Source of the DNA: a virus
Length of the DNA: 60,731 bases
Direction: 5' to 3' (one strand)
UHGV virus genome: UHGV-1514873
Both the position numbers and the translations under genes were made by a program. Below the pieces are notes generated by a model. That model was not told the DNA's origin. It did not search any database and saw only the letters and a list, made by a program, of their open reading frames with translations. Shown one piece after another: positions 22,450-30,259 of this stretch. The number at the start of each line of letters is the position of its first letter. Positions within the stretch are counted from its first letter, which is position 1.

Positions 22450-22811
22450 TATGCTCCAGCCTCCGGTGCTTTTGGCATTACTGCCCAGTGAGTGATATTG
22501 ACGTTTTCAAGGTCCCCGATCTGAAATGTCCACTGCCATTCTCCGGTTTCTTTTTGTCCCCAGGTGTACCAGAGAGAACGCCAGCCAATTAGCCAGCCTT
22601 CTCCGTTAGCATCGAATAACAAAACACTTTCATTTGCTGGTGGCAGTTCAGTTGACACTGGTATTACTTTGTTTTCCTGTGCTGCACATTTAGCTTCAAG
22701 CGCATCGAATTTACGCACCAGGTATTCAGCATCCGTTTCATTCACTTTCAGATCTCGCGGTACACATCTCCCACGAAGAAACCCTTCCATTTCGAAAACA
22801 TTCATGCGCAT
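22449..22811 (-). CDS. DUF551-like prophage protein
   Basis: 120-aa W-rich C-terminus typical of a common enterobacterial prophage family. Confidence 0.5.
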   Translation of the reverse strand: MRMNVFEMEGFLRGRCVPRDLKVNETDAEYLVRKFDALEAKCAAQENKVIPVSTELPPANESVLLFDANGEGWLIGWRSLWYTWGQKETGEWQWTFQIGDLENVNITHWAVMPKAPEAGA

Positions 22812-23338
22812 TTGCGTAACTCCGATAATTCGTTAAAGCGTTCCATAAACATCCCGTAGGCATGGCCTGGAGCCAGTGGAATCACGTTGAACATCTCTGT
22901 TGCCGGGATACCTTCCAGCACAGGCCAGAAAGAGCCATCATCAAGCCCGAGATCGCGGCGTTCGGTTGCCAGCATAATGAGATCGGCATATTTCACTGGC
23001 GTGCTCATAACAGGAGGTAACCCGTATTTCTCACGGATTACGGCGTCTATTTTTTCTTCCATCCGTTTATAGTCAGGAAGAAGTCGTTTCAGTTGTGCGG
23101 GGATGTCCTGGCAATATGCTTCTGTTGCATCATGCATTAAAGCTTCAAAAGCAAATTCCTGCGGCACCAGCTGGCTGCAAAGCACCGCATGTTGGGCGAC
23201 ACTGTAGAAGTGTGAAAGATGTCCTGCAAAGCGACAGATATTTGAAAGGGAAACCGCGATATCGTTAATAACGATGTCGTCTTTATTTATCCTGTCATAA
23301 TAAAAATGCTTCCCGGAAAAAGTTTTAATAAATGACAT
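22802..23338 (-). CDS. HD-domain phosphohydrolase (YfdR-like)
   Basis: H..HD motif (VAQHAVLCS...ALMHDATEAY); ATG at 23338 with GGAG RBS preferred over GTG 23365. Confidence 0.7.
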   Translation of the reverse strand: MSFIKTFSGKHFYYDRINKDDIVINDIAVSLSNICRFAGHLSHFYSVAQHAVLCSQLVPQEFAFEALMHDATEAYCQDIPAQLKRLLPDYKRMEEKIDAVIREKYGLPPVMSTPVKYADLIMLATERRDLGLDDGSFWPVLEGIPATEMFNVIPLAPGHAYGMFMERFNELSELRKCA

Positions 23339-23365
23339 TTTGTTCTCCACGTATATGCGCTGCAC

Positions 23366-23880
23366 CGCGCTGAATTCGGGTAAAAGGAAGCCCTCACCGT
23401 CCGGCGGTTATTGAGTCAATTACATTTCCATAAATGCCCCCGTAGGGGCGGTTAGTTTCTCCACAAAACAGAGAAGAACACCTGCGGTGGCAGCCGCCCG
23501 GATGGATTGGGTTATGAGCCCGTCGTCCGGTGATGCTCTTCTCTGTTTTGTAAAAAGGACGGTACCAGCCGGAAGCAAGGGTACAAACTGGTACCGCCAG
23601 GACTACACACAGCATAAAGTTGTGGTGCCGGGTGCCTCCCGGTGCCTGGCGAAGGTTGCACACCAGGCGGGTGGGTATCCACAGAAGGTCGACTGTCAGC
23701 CTCAACCTTAACCCGCGTGCGCTGAGCCGCATTCACCACAACGCTAAGGATTCTCTCTGGTTGAAAATACTTAGCTGTTATGTGCCTGCTTTTAGCCACA
23801 TCAGGCGAGGTGGACCTAGTTATTCCCCAACAACAAGGATTCGGTTAATCTGGTTATCCCCAACAACGCAAAAGGAAAAG
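23366..23880. other. GC-rich structured non-coding segment (candidate ncRNA/regulatory leader)
   Basis: ~515 bp with no plausible ORF in any frame; several strong inverted repeats; degenerate direct repeats CCCCAACAAC...GGATTC. Confidence 0.3.
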
Positions 23881-23882
23881 AA

Positions 23883-24317
23883 ATGTCCGGTAATATCTAT
23901 ACGCTGTACAAATCCCACTGTGAAAATGTTGGAAAGTATCGGGGCATTGAAATCAGTGGGGTAGTGTCATCAGTCGAAATAAGCAAAGTTGAATCAAGGG
24001 CAACATTACTTACTCTTTTGGACCTTGTCTTACATGAGCACCGGAAGAAATTCGGCACTCCCTATAATCAGTTGAATGGGAAAAAGGCTCTGGTTCACCT
24101 TATTCTGATGAAGCATCACTGGATGCCAAAACAGATTAATGAGATGAAATTTGATGAACTTCTTCTTTCAATTCAGGATGAACTCACACTTGATAAAATA
24201 AGCGTAACCGCCCAGAAATTTTTAGATTATCGAGACTGGAGATCACAAATTCATCACTTTGATGATTTTGACGAAAATGAATGGGATCCTAATTTGTCTG
24301 CACAATATCTAAAGTAA
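23883..24317 (+). CDS. hypothetical protein (AT-rich moron, antisense to early-left transcription)
   Basis: 144-aa ORF with RBS aaaggaaaag; low GC; + strand terminator at 24554-24578. Confidence 0.55.
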   Translation: MSGNIYTLYKSHCENVGKYRGIEISGVVSSVEISKVESRATLLTLLDLVLHEHRKKFGTPYNQLNGKKALVHLILMKHHWMPKQINEMKFDELLLSIQDELTLDKISVTAQKFLDYRDWRSQIHHFDDFDENEWDPNLSAQYLK

Positions 24318-24495
24318 CATCCTGTGATAAAACCGTGATTTCCTGATCCAGTTTTTTTAAGGAGTCTATTGTTTCCTGTCGATAAGACAGCACTTCACGA
24401 AGCTGGTTTATAGCTGCCAGCTTCTTTGTCATCCACTCATAAATTTCCTCATCTGTGTAGCCAGGCGCGACGATTTTGGGTTCTGTTTTGTGCAT
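24289..24495 (-). CDS. hypothetical small protein, convergent with 23883-24317
   Basis: 68 aa from ATG 24495 with GAGGAG RBS; 3' ends of the two genes overlap by 29 nt. Confidence 0.45.
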   Translation of the reverse strand: MHKTEPKIVAPGYTDEEIYEWMTKKLAAINQLREVLSYRQETIDSLKKLDQEITVLSQDVTLDIVQTN

Positions 24496-24553
24496 TTCAC
24501 ATCTCCTCAAGTTATCAGTTACTTGTTGATGGGGACCAGATTGTTAAAGAGCT

Positions 24554-24578
24554 AAGCGTCCTGTAGGGCGCTTTTTTG
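24554..24578 (+). terminator. Rho-independent terminator (+ strand)
   Basis: agcgtcc/tgta/gggcgct hairpin followed by TTTTTTGTT. Confidence 0.55.
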
Positions 24579-24693
24579 TTGCTAACGAATCATCCTGGAC
24601 TTCATATGCCCCAGGCGGCTACTTCGTGGGCGTCCTGCCTGTTCGTTGTTTCGCTTGGGTACATTATGTATCTCAAAGGTACATTGTCAAGTA

Positions 24694-24717
24694 TAAAAAA
24701 ACCTGCCGAAGCAGGTT
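24694..24717 (-). terminator. terminator downstream of cI
   Basis: acctgc/cgaa/gcaggt hairpin with T-run on minus strand. Confidence 0.6.
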
Positions 24718-24729
24718 CATAAACATTGA

Positions 24730-25404
24730 TTAGGCTTTGATTTTGTATCTTCTTGGTTTTCCTGAGAAAATCACTGTACCAATTATAGAGCAATTACCGT
24801 TGATCTTAATGTAAGGCTCAGGCCAGTTTGGGTTTAACGCTTTGAGATAACGCTGTGTCCCATCTTCTATCAACCTTTTGAAGGTGGTTTCGCCTGTATC
24901 GTGCATCAATGCAATAACGTCGTCACCGTGGCAGGCAGGTACTTCAGGATCGACAAAAATCATGTCTCCCGGGCGGTACTCATCAATCATTGAATCACCT
25001 ATCACCCGCAAGATATAAGTCATTTCCCCACAGGGTACAGGGCAGGGATACGTTTCTGCTGTGCTCAAATCAACCTCAGAATATCCAACTTCTTTCCATG
25101 CTCCGGCCTGTACCCATGATATGACAGGGACTAATGTGATTTGTTTATTAGTGATTGAAACATCAGGTTTTTTTGTGATGTTCGTTGTCTGGTGTTCTTG
25201 ATCGAGCCATCCGACAGGCAGGTCGAAACATTTTTCGATGTGTCGTGCCATGCTGTCACCGATATTTTTAGTAGCACCATCTCCCATAAACCTGCTGGTC
25301 TGGGTTGGCTCGCGATCAATCATAGTGGCAAAGGAAGAATTCCCGCCAACACCATCTCTCAGTTTTCTGGCGTTAGACCGCCGGATGTCATGGATTGTTT
25401 TCAT
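24730..25404 (-). CDS. CI-like repressor (HTH + LexA-like S24 peptidase domain)
   Basis: 224 aa; C-terminal S24-type segment (VIGDSMIDEYRPGDMIFVDPEV); divergent from cro. Confidence 0.8.
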   Translation of the reverse strand: MKTIHDIRRSNARKLRDGVGGNSSFATMIDREPTQTSRFMGDGATKNIGDSMARHIEKCFDLPVGWLDQEHQTTNITKKPDVSITNKQITLVPVISWVQAGAWKEVGYSEVDLSTAETYPCPVPCGEMTYILRVIGDSMIDEYRPGDMIFVDPEVPACHGDDVIALMHDTGETTFKRLIEDGTQRYLKALNPNWPEPYIKINGNCSIIGTVIFSGKPRRYKIKA

Positions 25405-25420
25405 AACGAAATTAAAACCC

Positions 25421-25439
25421 TTGTACCGTTAAGGTACAA
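25421..25439. promoter_or_regulatory. operator palindrome between cI and cro
   Basis: ttgtaccGTTAAggtacaa perfect inverted repeat; related site atgtacaccggaggtacat at 25471-25489. Confidence 0.5.
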
Positions 25440-25494
25440 GTATCTTGAAGGTTCATTTCAATCATGTAATATGTACACCGGAGGTACATATTGT

Positions 25495-25695
25495 ATGAAA
25501 GCGTATTGGGACTCTTTAACCAAAGAACAGCAGGGCGAGTTGGCCGGAAAAGTTGGCTCAACACCTGGCTACTTACGGCTGGTTTTCAATGGCTATAAAA
25601 AAGCCAGTTTTGTGCTGGCTAAAAAACTTGAGCAATGCACGTCAGGTGCAATTACGAAATCTGACTTAAGACCGGATATCTATCCGAAAGATTAG
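25495..25695 (+). CDS. cro: Cro/YdaS-like small HTH regulator
   Basis: 66 aa (MKAYWDSLTKEQQGELAGKVGSTPGYLRLVFNGYKK...), RBS ggagg. Confidence 0.7.
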   Translation: MKAYWDSLTKEQQGELAGKVGSTPGYLRLVFNGYKKASFVLAKKLEQCTSGAITKSDLRPDIYPKD

Positions 25696-25726
25696 CAGAA
25701 CACTTTCAATTTTTAACCACAGAACG

Positions 25727-26290
25727 ATGAGGCTAACCGTGGGTAAGCATCACTGGAAAATAGAAAAACAGCCTGAGTGGTACGTGAAAGCTGTCAGAAA
25801 AACTATCGCGGCGTTGCCGGGTGGTTACGCTGAAGCGGCTGACTGGCTCGATGTAACAGAAAACGCTTTATTCAACCGCCTTCGTGCAGATGGCGATCAG
25901 ATTTTCCCGCTGGGATGGGCAATGGTTTTACAGCGTGCTGGTGGCACTCACTTCATTGCTGATGCTGTGGCGCAGTCTGCAAATGGCGTCTTTGTGTCTC
26001 TTCCTGACGTCGAGGATGTGGACAACGCCGATATCAACCAACGCCTGCTGGAAGTCATTGAACAGATCGGCAGTTATTCAAAACAGATTCGTTCAGCAAT
26101 TGAAGACGGTGTAGTGGAACCGCATGAGAAGACAGCAATTAACGATGAGCTGTACCTCTCAATTTCGAAGCTGCAGGAGCATGCAGCACTGGTCTACAAA
26201 ATCTTTTGCGTTTCAGAAAGTAGTGACGCCCGCGAGTGTGCAGCTCCGGGCGCCGTGGCGTGTCGTGACTGTGGAGAAACTAACGCATGA
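25727..26290 (+). CDS. CII/YdaT-like regulatory protein
   Basis: 187-aa ORF after cro; family assignment weak. Confidence 0.5.
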   Translation: MRLTVGKHHWKIEKQPEWYVKAVRKTIAALPGGYAEAADWLDVTENALFNRLRADGDQIFPLGWAMVLQRAGGTHFIADAVAQSANGVFVSLPDVEDVDNADINQRLLEVIEQIGSYSKQIRSAIEDGVVEPHEKTAINDELYLSISKLQEHAALVYKIFCVSESSDARECAAPGAVACRDCGETNA

Positions 26291-26645
26291 ACAGTTTAAC
26301 AACACACTACCGTCGCTCGCAACTGATTGCGCTTCCTGTACCGGGTGGAAAAGCGAAGGTGGAGTATTGCTATGCAGTAAATGTACTAGGTGACAGGGAA
26401 ATTGTAACCCACAGCTTTGCAGAGTGGGCTGTGGGTGATTTCAACCGGCAGAAGGAGACAGTCCTTTGCGACAAGTTAACCGCTGGTTCAAAGATCACTA
26501 CGGAGTGCCCGTCAGAGTCATTCGTTGGGAGCCGGAAACACAACGGGTTATCTACCTCCGTGAAGGCTATGAGCATGAGTGCTTCAGCCCGCTCGAACAG
26601 TTTCGTTGTAAATTCAGGGAAATAGAGGTCGGTCATGAGCACTAA
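26287..26645 (+). pseudogene. frame-disrupted gene between cII-like and replication gene
   Basis: N-terminal part in frame 1 starts ATGA-coupled at 26287; protein-like C-terminal part ([34 protein letters not shown]...) is in frame 0 and ends coupled to the next gene at 26645. Confidence 0.35.
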
Positions 26646-27576
26646 ATTAACCGGCTATGTATGGGATGGTTGCGCTGCGTCAGGCATGAAATTATCCAGC
26701 GTGGCAATTATGGCCCGCCTGGCTGATTTCAGTAATGACGAAGGTGTGTGCTGGCCATCAATTGAAACCATTGCCCGTCAGATTGGCGCGGGGATGAGTA
26801 CCGTCAGGACGGCTATCGCACGGCTGGAAGCAGAAGGCTGGTTAACGCGTAAGGCGCGTCGCCAGGGTAACCGCAATGCGTCGAATGTTTATCAGCTTAA
26901 CGTTGCGAAGCTTCAGGCAGCGGCATTTTCTCAACTGTCAGATTCTGACCCGTCAAAATCTGACGCATCAAAATCTGACCCGTCAAAATTTGATGCGTCG
27001 AAATCTGGCAAAAAAGCGGGTTTTCACCCGTCAGAATCTGGCGGGGATCCGTCAGTAAAATCAAAACATGATCCGTCAGATAAAAAACCTTCTCGTCCGG
27101 ACGCTTCGCAACCGGACACGCAGACGGATGAACAGGATTTTTTAACTCGCCATCCTGATGCGGTTGTATTCAGCCCTAAAAAGCGCCAGTGGGGAACGCA
27201 GGATGATTTGACCTGCGCACAGTGGCTCTGGAAAAAAATCATCGCCCTGTACGAGCAAGCCGCCGAATGTGACGGCAAGGTGGTTCGTCCCAAAGAACCG
27301 AACTGGACAGCCTGGGCAAACGAAATTCGCCTGATGTGTGTGCAGGATGGTCGTACTCACAAACAAATCTGCGAGATGTACAGCCGCGTCAGCCGCGATC
27401 CGTTCTGGTGCCGTAACGTGCTCAGCCCGTCGAAGTTGCGGGAAAAATGGGATGAGCTTTCCCTGCGCTTATCACCGTCCGTCAGCACGTACATCGAAAA
27501 ACGCGAAGACCCGTACTTCAAATCCAGTTACGACAACGTGGACTACAGCCAGATCCCGGCAGGATTCAGGGGGTGA
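26635..27576 (+). CDS. replication initiator, lambda O-like N-terminal domain
   Basis: N-terminal winged-helix segment typical of phage replication-O proteins; iteron array inside gene. Confidence 0.75.
   Translation: MSTKLTGYVWDGCAASGMKLSSVAIMARLADFSNDEGVCWPSIETIARQIGAGMSTVRTAIARLEAEGWLTRKARRQGNRNASNVYQLNVAKLQAAAFSQLSDSDPSKSDASKSDPSKFDASKSGKKAGFHPSESGGDPSVKSKHDPSDKKPSRPDASQPDTQTDEQDFLTRHPDAVVFSPKKRQWGTQDDLTCAQWLWKKIIALYEQAAECDGKVVRPKEPNWTAWANEIRLMCVQDGRTHKQICEMYSRVSRDPFWCRNVLSPSKLREKWDELSLRLSPSVSTYIEKREDPYFKSSYDNVDYSQIPAGFRG
26936..27090 (+). repeat. origin-like iteron array within replication gene
   Basis: Repeated tctgacccgtcaaaa / ccgtcag units with ~18-bp periodicity followed by A-rich tract. 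Confidence 0.6.
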
Positions 27577-27578
27577 TC

Positions 27579-28067
27579 ATGAGTCTTTTGAATGAAGTTC
27601 AGAAATTCATTGAAGCCCATCCGGGATGTACTTCCGGAGACATTGCGGATGCTTTTGCAGGTTACTCACGGCAGCGCGTTCTGCAGTCAGCAAGCAAGTT
27701 ACGTCAGAGTGGGCGTGTGGCTCACCGTTGTGAAGGAGATACACGCAGACATTTCCCGCGCCTGACTGAGAGAGCGCAGGAACCGGAACCACAACCAGTT
27801 CGAGAAACCAGACCTGTGCGCAATTTCTATGTCGGCACTAACGATCCACGGGTGATTTTGTGCCTGACCCGCCAGGCTGAAGAACTGGAGTCCATGGGCT
27901 TATACCGTCGTGCTGCAACCGTGTGGATGGCGGCATTCCGTGAAAGCCACTCCCAGCCAGAACGAAACAATTTTCTGGCGCGTCGTGAGCGGTGCTTACG
28001 GAAAAGCAGCAAGCGCGCTGCATCGGGTGAAGAGTGGTATCTGTCAGGGAATTACGTGGGGGCTTAA
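27579..28067 (+). CDS. PerC-family-like transcriptional regulator
   Basis: C-terminal motif GLYRRAATVWMAAF; ATG 27579 preferred over GTG 27573. Confidence 0.5.
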   Translation: MSLLNEVQKFIEAHPGCTSGDIADAFAGYSRQRVLQSASKLRQSGRVAHRCEGDTRRHFPRLTERAQEPEPQPVRETRPVRNFYVGTNDPRVILCLTRQAEELESMGLYRRAATVWMAAFRESHSQPERNNFLARRERCLRKSSKRAASGEEWYLSGNYVGA

Positions 28068-28720
28068 TGAGTAATAAATATTGCCAGGCGCTGGTGGAAT
28101 TGCGGAACAAACCAGCCCATGAACTGAAGGAAGTGGGCGATCAGTGGCGCACGCCGGACAACATTTTCTGGGGAATTAACACCCTGTTTGGCCCGTTTGT
28201 TCTGGATCTGTTTACTGACGGTGATAACGCCAAATGTGCCGCGTATTACACGGCGGAAGATAACGCGCTGGCGCATGACTGGTCAGAACGTCTTGCGGAG
28301 CTTAAAGGTGCTGCCTTTGGTAATCCCCCATACAGCCGCGCCAGTCAGCATGAGGGGCAATACATCACCGGCATGCGTTACATCATGAAACATGCCAGTG
28401 CCATGCGTGATAAGGGCGGGCGCTATGTTTTCCTGATCAAAGCTGCCACCAGCGAAGTGTGGTGGCCGGAAGATGCGGACCATATTGCTTTTATTCGCGG
28501 GCGTATTGGTTTTGAACTGCCTGCCTGGTTTATCCCGAAGGATGAGAAGCAGGTGCCGACAGGCGCTTTCTTCGCTGGTGCTATTGCTGTTTTCGACAAG
28601 ACCTGGAAGGGACCGGCAATCAGCTACATCGGGCGCGATGAACTTGAGGCATGTGGTGAAGCCTTTCTGGTGCAGGTTCGCCAGCAGGCGGAAAAACTGG
28701 TCAGGGAGATGGCGGCATGA
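28067..28720 (+). CDS. phage N6-adenine DNA methyltransferase (Dam-like, orphan)
   Basis: GNPPY catalytic motif; ATG 28067 overlapping upstream stop preferred over ORF start 28034. Confidence 0.75.
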   Translation: MSNKYCQALVELRNKPAHELKEVGDQWRTPDNIFWGINTLFGPFVLDLFTDGDNAKCAAYYTAEDNALAHDWSERLAELKGAAFGNPPYSRASQHEGQYITGMRYIMKHASAMRDKGGRYVFLIKAATSEVWWPEDADHIAFIRGRIGFELPAWFIPKDEKQVPTGAFFAGAIAVFDKTWKGPAISYIGRDELEACGEAFLVQVRQQAEKLVREMAA

Positions 28721-29043
28721 CGACGTTAACTCAATGCCAGCAGCAGGTGCTGGATATGCTGATTTCTTACCAGAAAGAGCGTGGCTTTCCGCCAACCAAT
28801 CAGGAGGTGGCAACCATGCTGGGATACCGTTCAGTGAATGCAGCGGTAGAGCATCTTCGTGCACTGGAGAAAAAAGGCGTCATCACGATAAAGCGTGGCG
28901 TGGCCCGGGGGATAACGCTTCATACCGCGGTGAAGGACGACGACAGCGAGGCGGTCGGGATTATCCGCGCACTGCTTGCCGGTGAGGAAAACGCCAGGCT
29001 GCGTGCAGCCCACTGGTTACATGAGAGAGGCCTGAAAGTATGA
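28717..29043 (+). CDS. LexA N-terminal DNA-binding domain homolog lacking the S24 protease domain
   Basis: MTTLTQCQQQVLDMLISYQKERGFPPTNQEVATMLGYRSVNAAVEHLRALEKKGVI parallels the LexA winged-helix domain; only 108 aa. Confidence 0.65.
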   Translation: MTTLTQCQQQVLDMLISYQKERGFPPTNQEVATMLGYRSVNAAVEHLRALEKKGVITIKRGVARGITLHTAVKDDDSEAVGIIRALLAGEENARLRAAHWLHERGLKV

Positions 29044-29429
29044 AGCTGATCTTGCCTTTCCCGCCCAGCGTGAACACGTACTGGCGACACCCCAACAAAG
29101 GGGCGTTTGCTGGTAAGAGTCTGATAAGCGCGGCGGGGCGAAAATTCCAGAGCGCGGCGTGCGCAGCAATAGTTGAGCAGTTACGTCGTCTGCCGAAACC
29201 AACGTCGGCACCTGCTTCAGTGGAGATCGTGTTGTTTCCTCCGGATAACCGGATCCGCGATCTGGACAACTATAACAAGGCGCTGTTTGACGCCCTGACC
29301 CACGCGGGTGTGTGGGAAGACGACAGTCAGGTGAAAAGAATGCTGGTGGAGTGGGGACCGGTTATCCCGGAAGGGAAGGTCGAGATCACTATCAGTAAGT
29401 ACGAGAAAACGGCGGGTGCAGCCGCCTGA
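29040..29429 (+). CDS. rusA: Holliday junction resolvase RusA
   Basis: LPFPPSVNTYWRH...RDLDNYNKALFDALTHAGVWEDDSQV matches RusA catalytic core. Confidence 0.85.
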   Translation: MKLILPFPPSVNTYWRHPNKGAFAGKSLISAAGRKFQSAACAAIVEQLRRLPKPTSAPASVEIVLFPPDNRIRDLDNYNKALFDALTHAGVWEDDSQVKRMLVEWGPVIPEGKVEITISKYEKTAGAAA

Positions 29430-29448
29430 TTAAGAGGAGAAACGAAGT

Positions 29449-30258
29449 ATGAATAATCTGATGGTCATTGATGGTATTGAAGTTCGTCGTGATGCTTATG
29501 GGCGTTACAGCCTGAACGATCTGCATCGCGCAGCAGTAGCATCTGGTGCAAATGCCAGAACCAAGGAGCCGGGAAAGTTTCTTTCCAGCCAACAAACTGT
29601 TGAGCTTGTTCATGAATTGACCAACACCCAGAATTTGGGTGTTGACCCGGTGAGTGTGATTCATGGGGGAAATGAACGGGGAACGTATGTCTGCAAGGAA
29701 CTGGTGTATGCCTATGCAATGTGGATCAGCCCGTCATTCCATCTGAAGGTGATCCGTACTTTCGATATGGTAACCAGCGCACCGGAAAAATTATCCGGAC
29801 AGGCTGCTGACAAGATGCAGGCTGGCGTGATCCTGCTGGACTTTATGCGCCGGGAGTTAAACCTGTCTAACTCTTCAGTGCTTGGTGCCTGTCAGAAACT
29901 CCAGGAGGCTGTTGGCTTACCGAATCTGGCACCGCGCTATGCCATTGATGCTCCTGCTGACGCGCCTGATGGCTCAAGCCGCCCCACGCTATCATTGAGT
30001 GCACTGCTGAAGCAGTATGGTATCCGCCTGACAGCTAATCAGGCATATCACCAGATGGCGAAGCTGGGGATCGTTGAACAACGTGAACGATACAGCCGCA
30101 CTGCGATTAACAACATCAAAAAATTCTGGTCGCTGACGGCGAAAGGCTGCATGTTCGGCAAGAACATCACCAGTCCCGCAAATCCGCGCGAGACGCAGCC
30201 GCATTTCTTCGAATCCCGATTCCCTGAGCTGTTAAAGTTGCTCGATACCGTTCATTGA
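29449..30258 (+). CDS. KilA-N domain protein (antirepressor-like)
   Basis: N-terminal KilA-N-like segment; RBS aagaggag. Confidence 0.6.
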   Translation: MNNLMVIDGIEVRRDAYGRYSLNDLHRAAVASGANARTKEPGKFLSSQQTVELVHELTNTQNLGVDPVSVIHGGNERGTYVCKELVYAYAMWISPSFHLKVIRTFDMVTSAPEKLSGQAADKMQAGVILLDFMRRELNLSNSSVLGACQKLQEAVGLPNLAPRYAIDAPADAPDGSSRPTLSLSALLKQYGIRLTANQAYHQMAKLGIVEQRERYSRTAINNIKKFWSLTAKGCMFGKNITSPANPRETQPHFFESRFPELLKLLDTVH

Positions 30259-30259
30259 G

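Noticed and set aside
23394-23799. Minus-strand ORFs 23394-23732 and 23512-23799 and plus-strand ORFs 23487-23711 and 23620-23964 as genes
   Set aside because: Translations are R/P/C/W/G-rich with no protein-like composition and overlap one another in a highly structured GC-rich segment; treated as non-coding.
25192-25695. 167-aa + strand ORF across the cI/cro intergenic region
   Set aside because: Its 5' two-thirds runs antisense through cI and the operator region; only the last 66 codons (25495-25695) with an RBS form a plausible Cro.
28283-28864. 193-aa minus-strand ORF overlapping the Dam-like methyltransferase and LexA-like genes
   Set aside because: Antisense to two coupled, motif-bearing genes; no start context.
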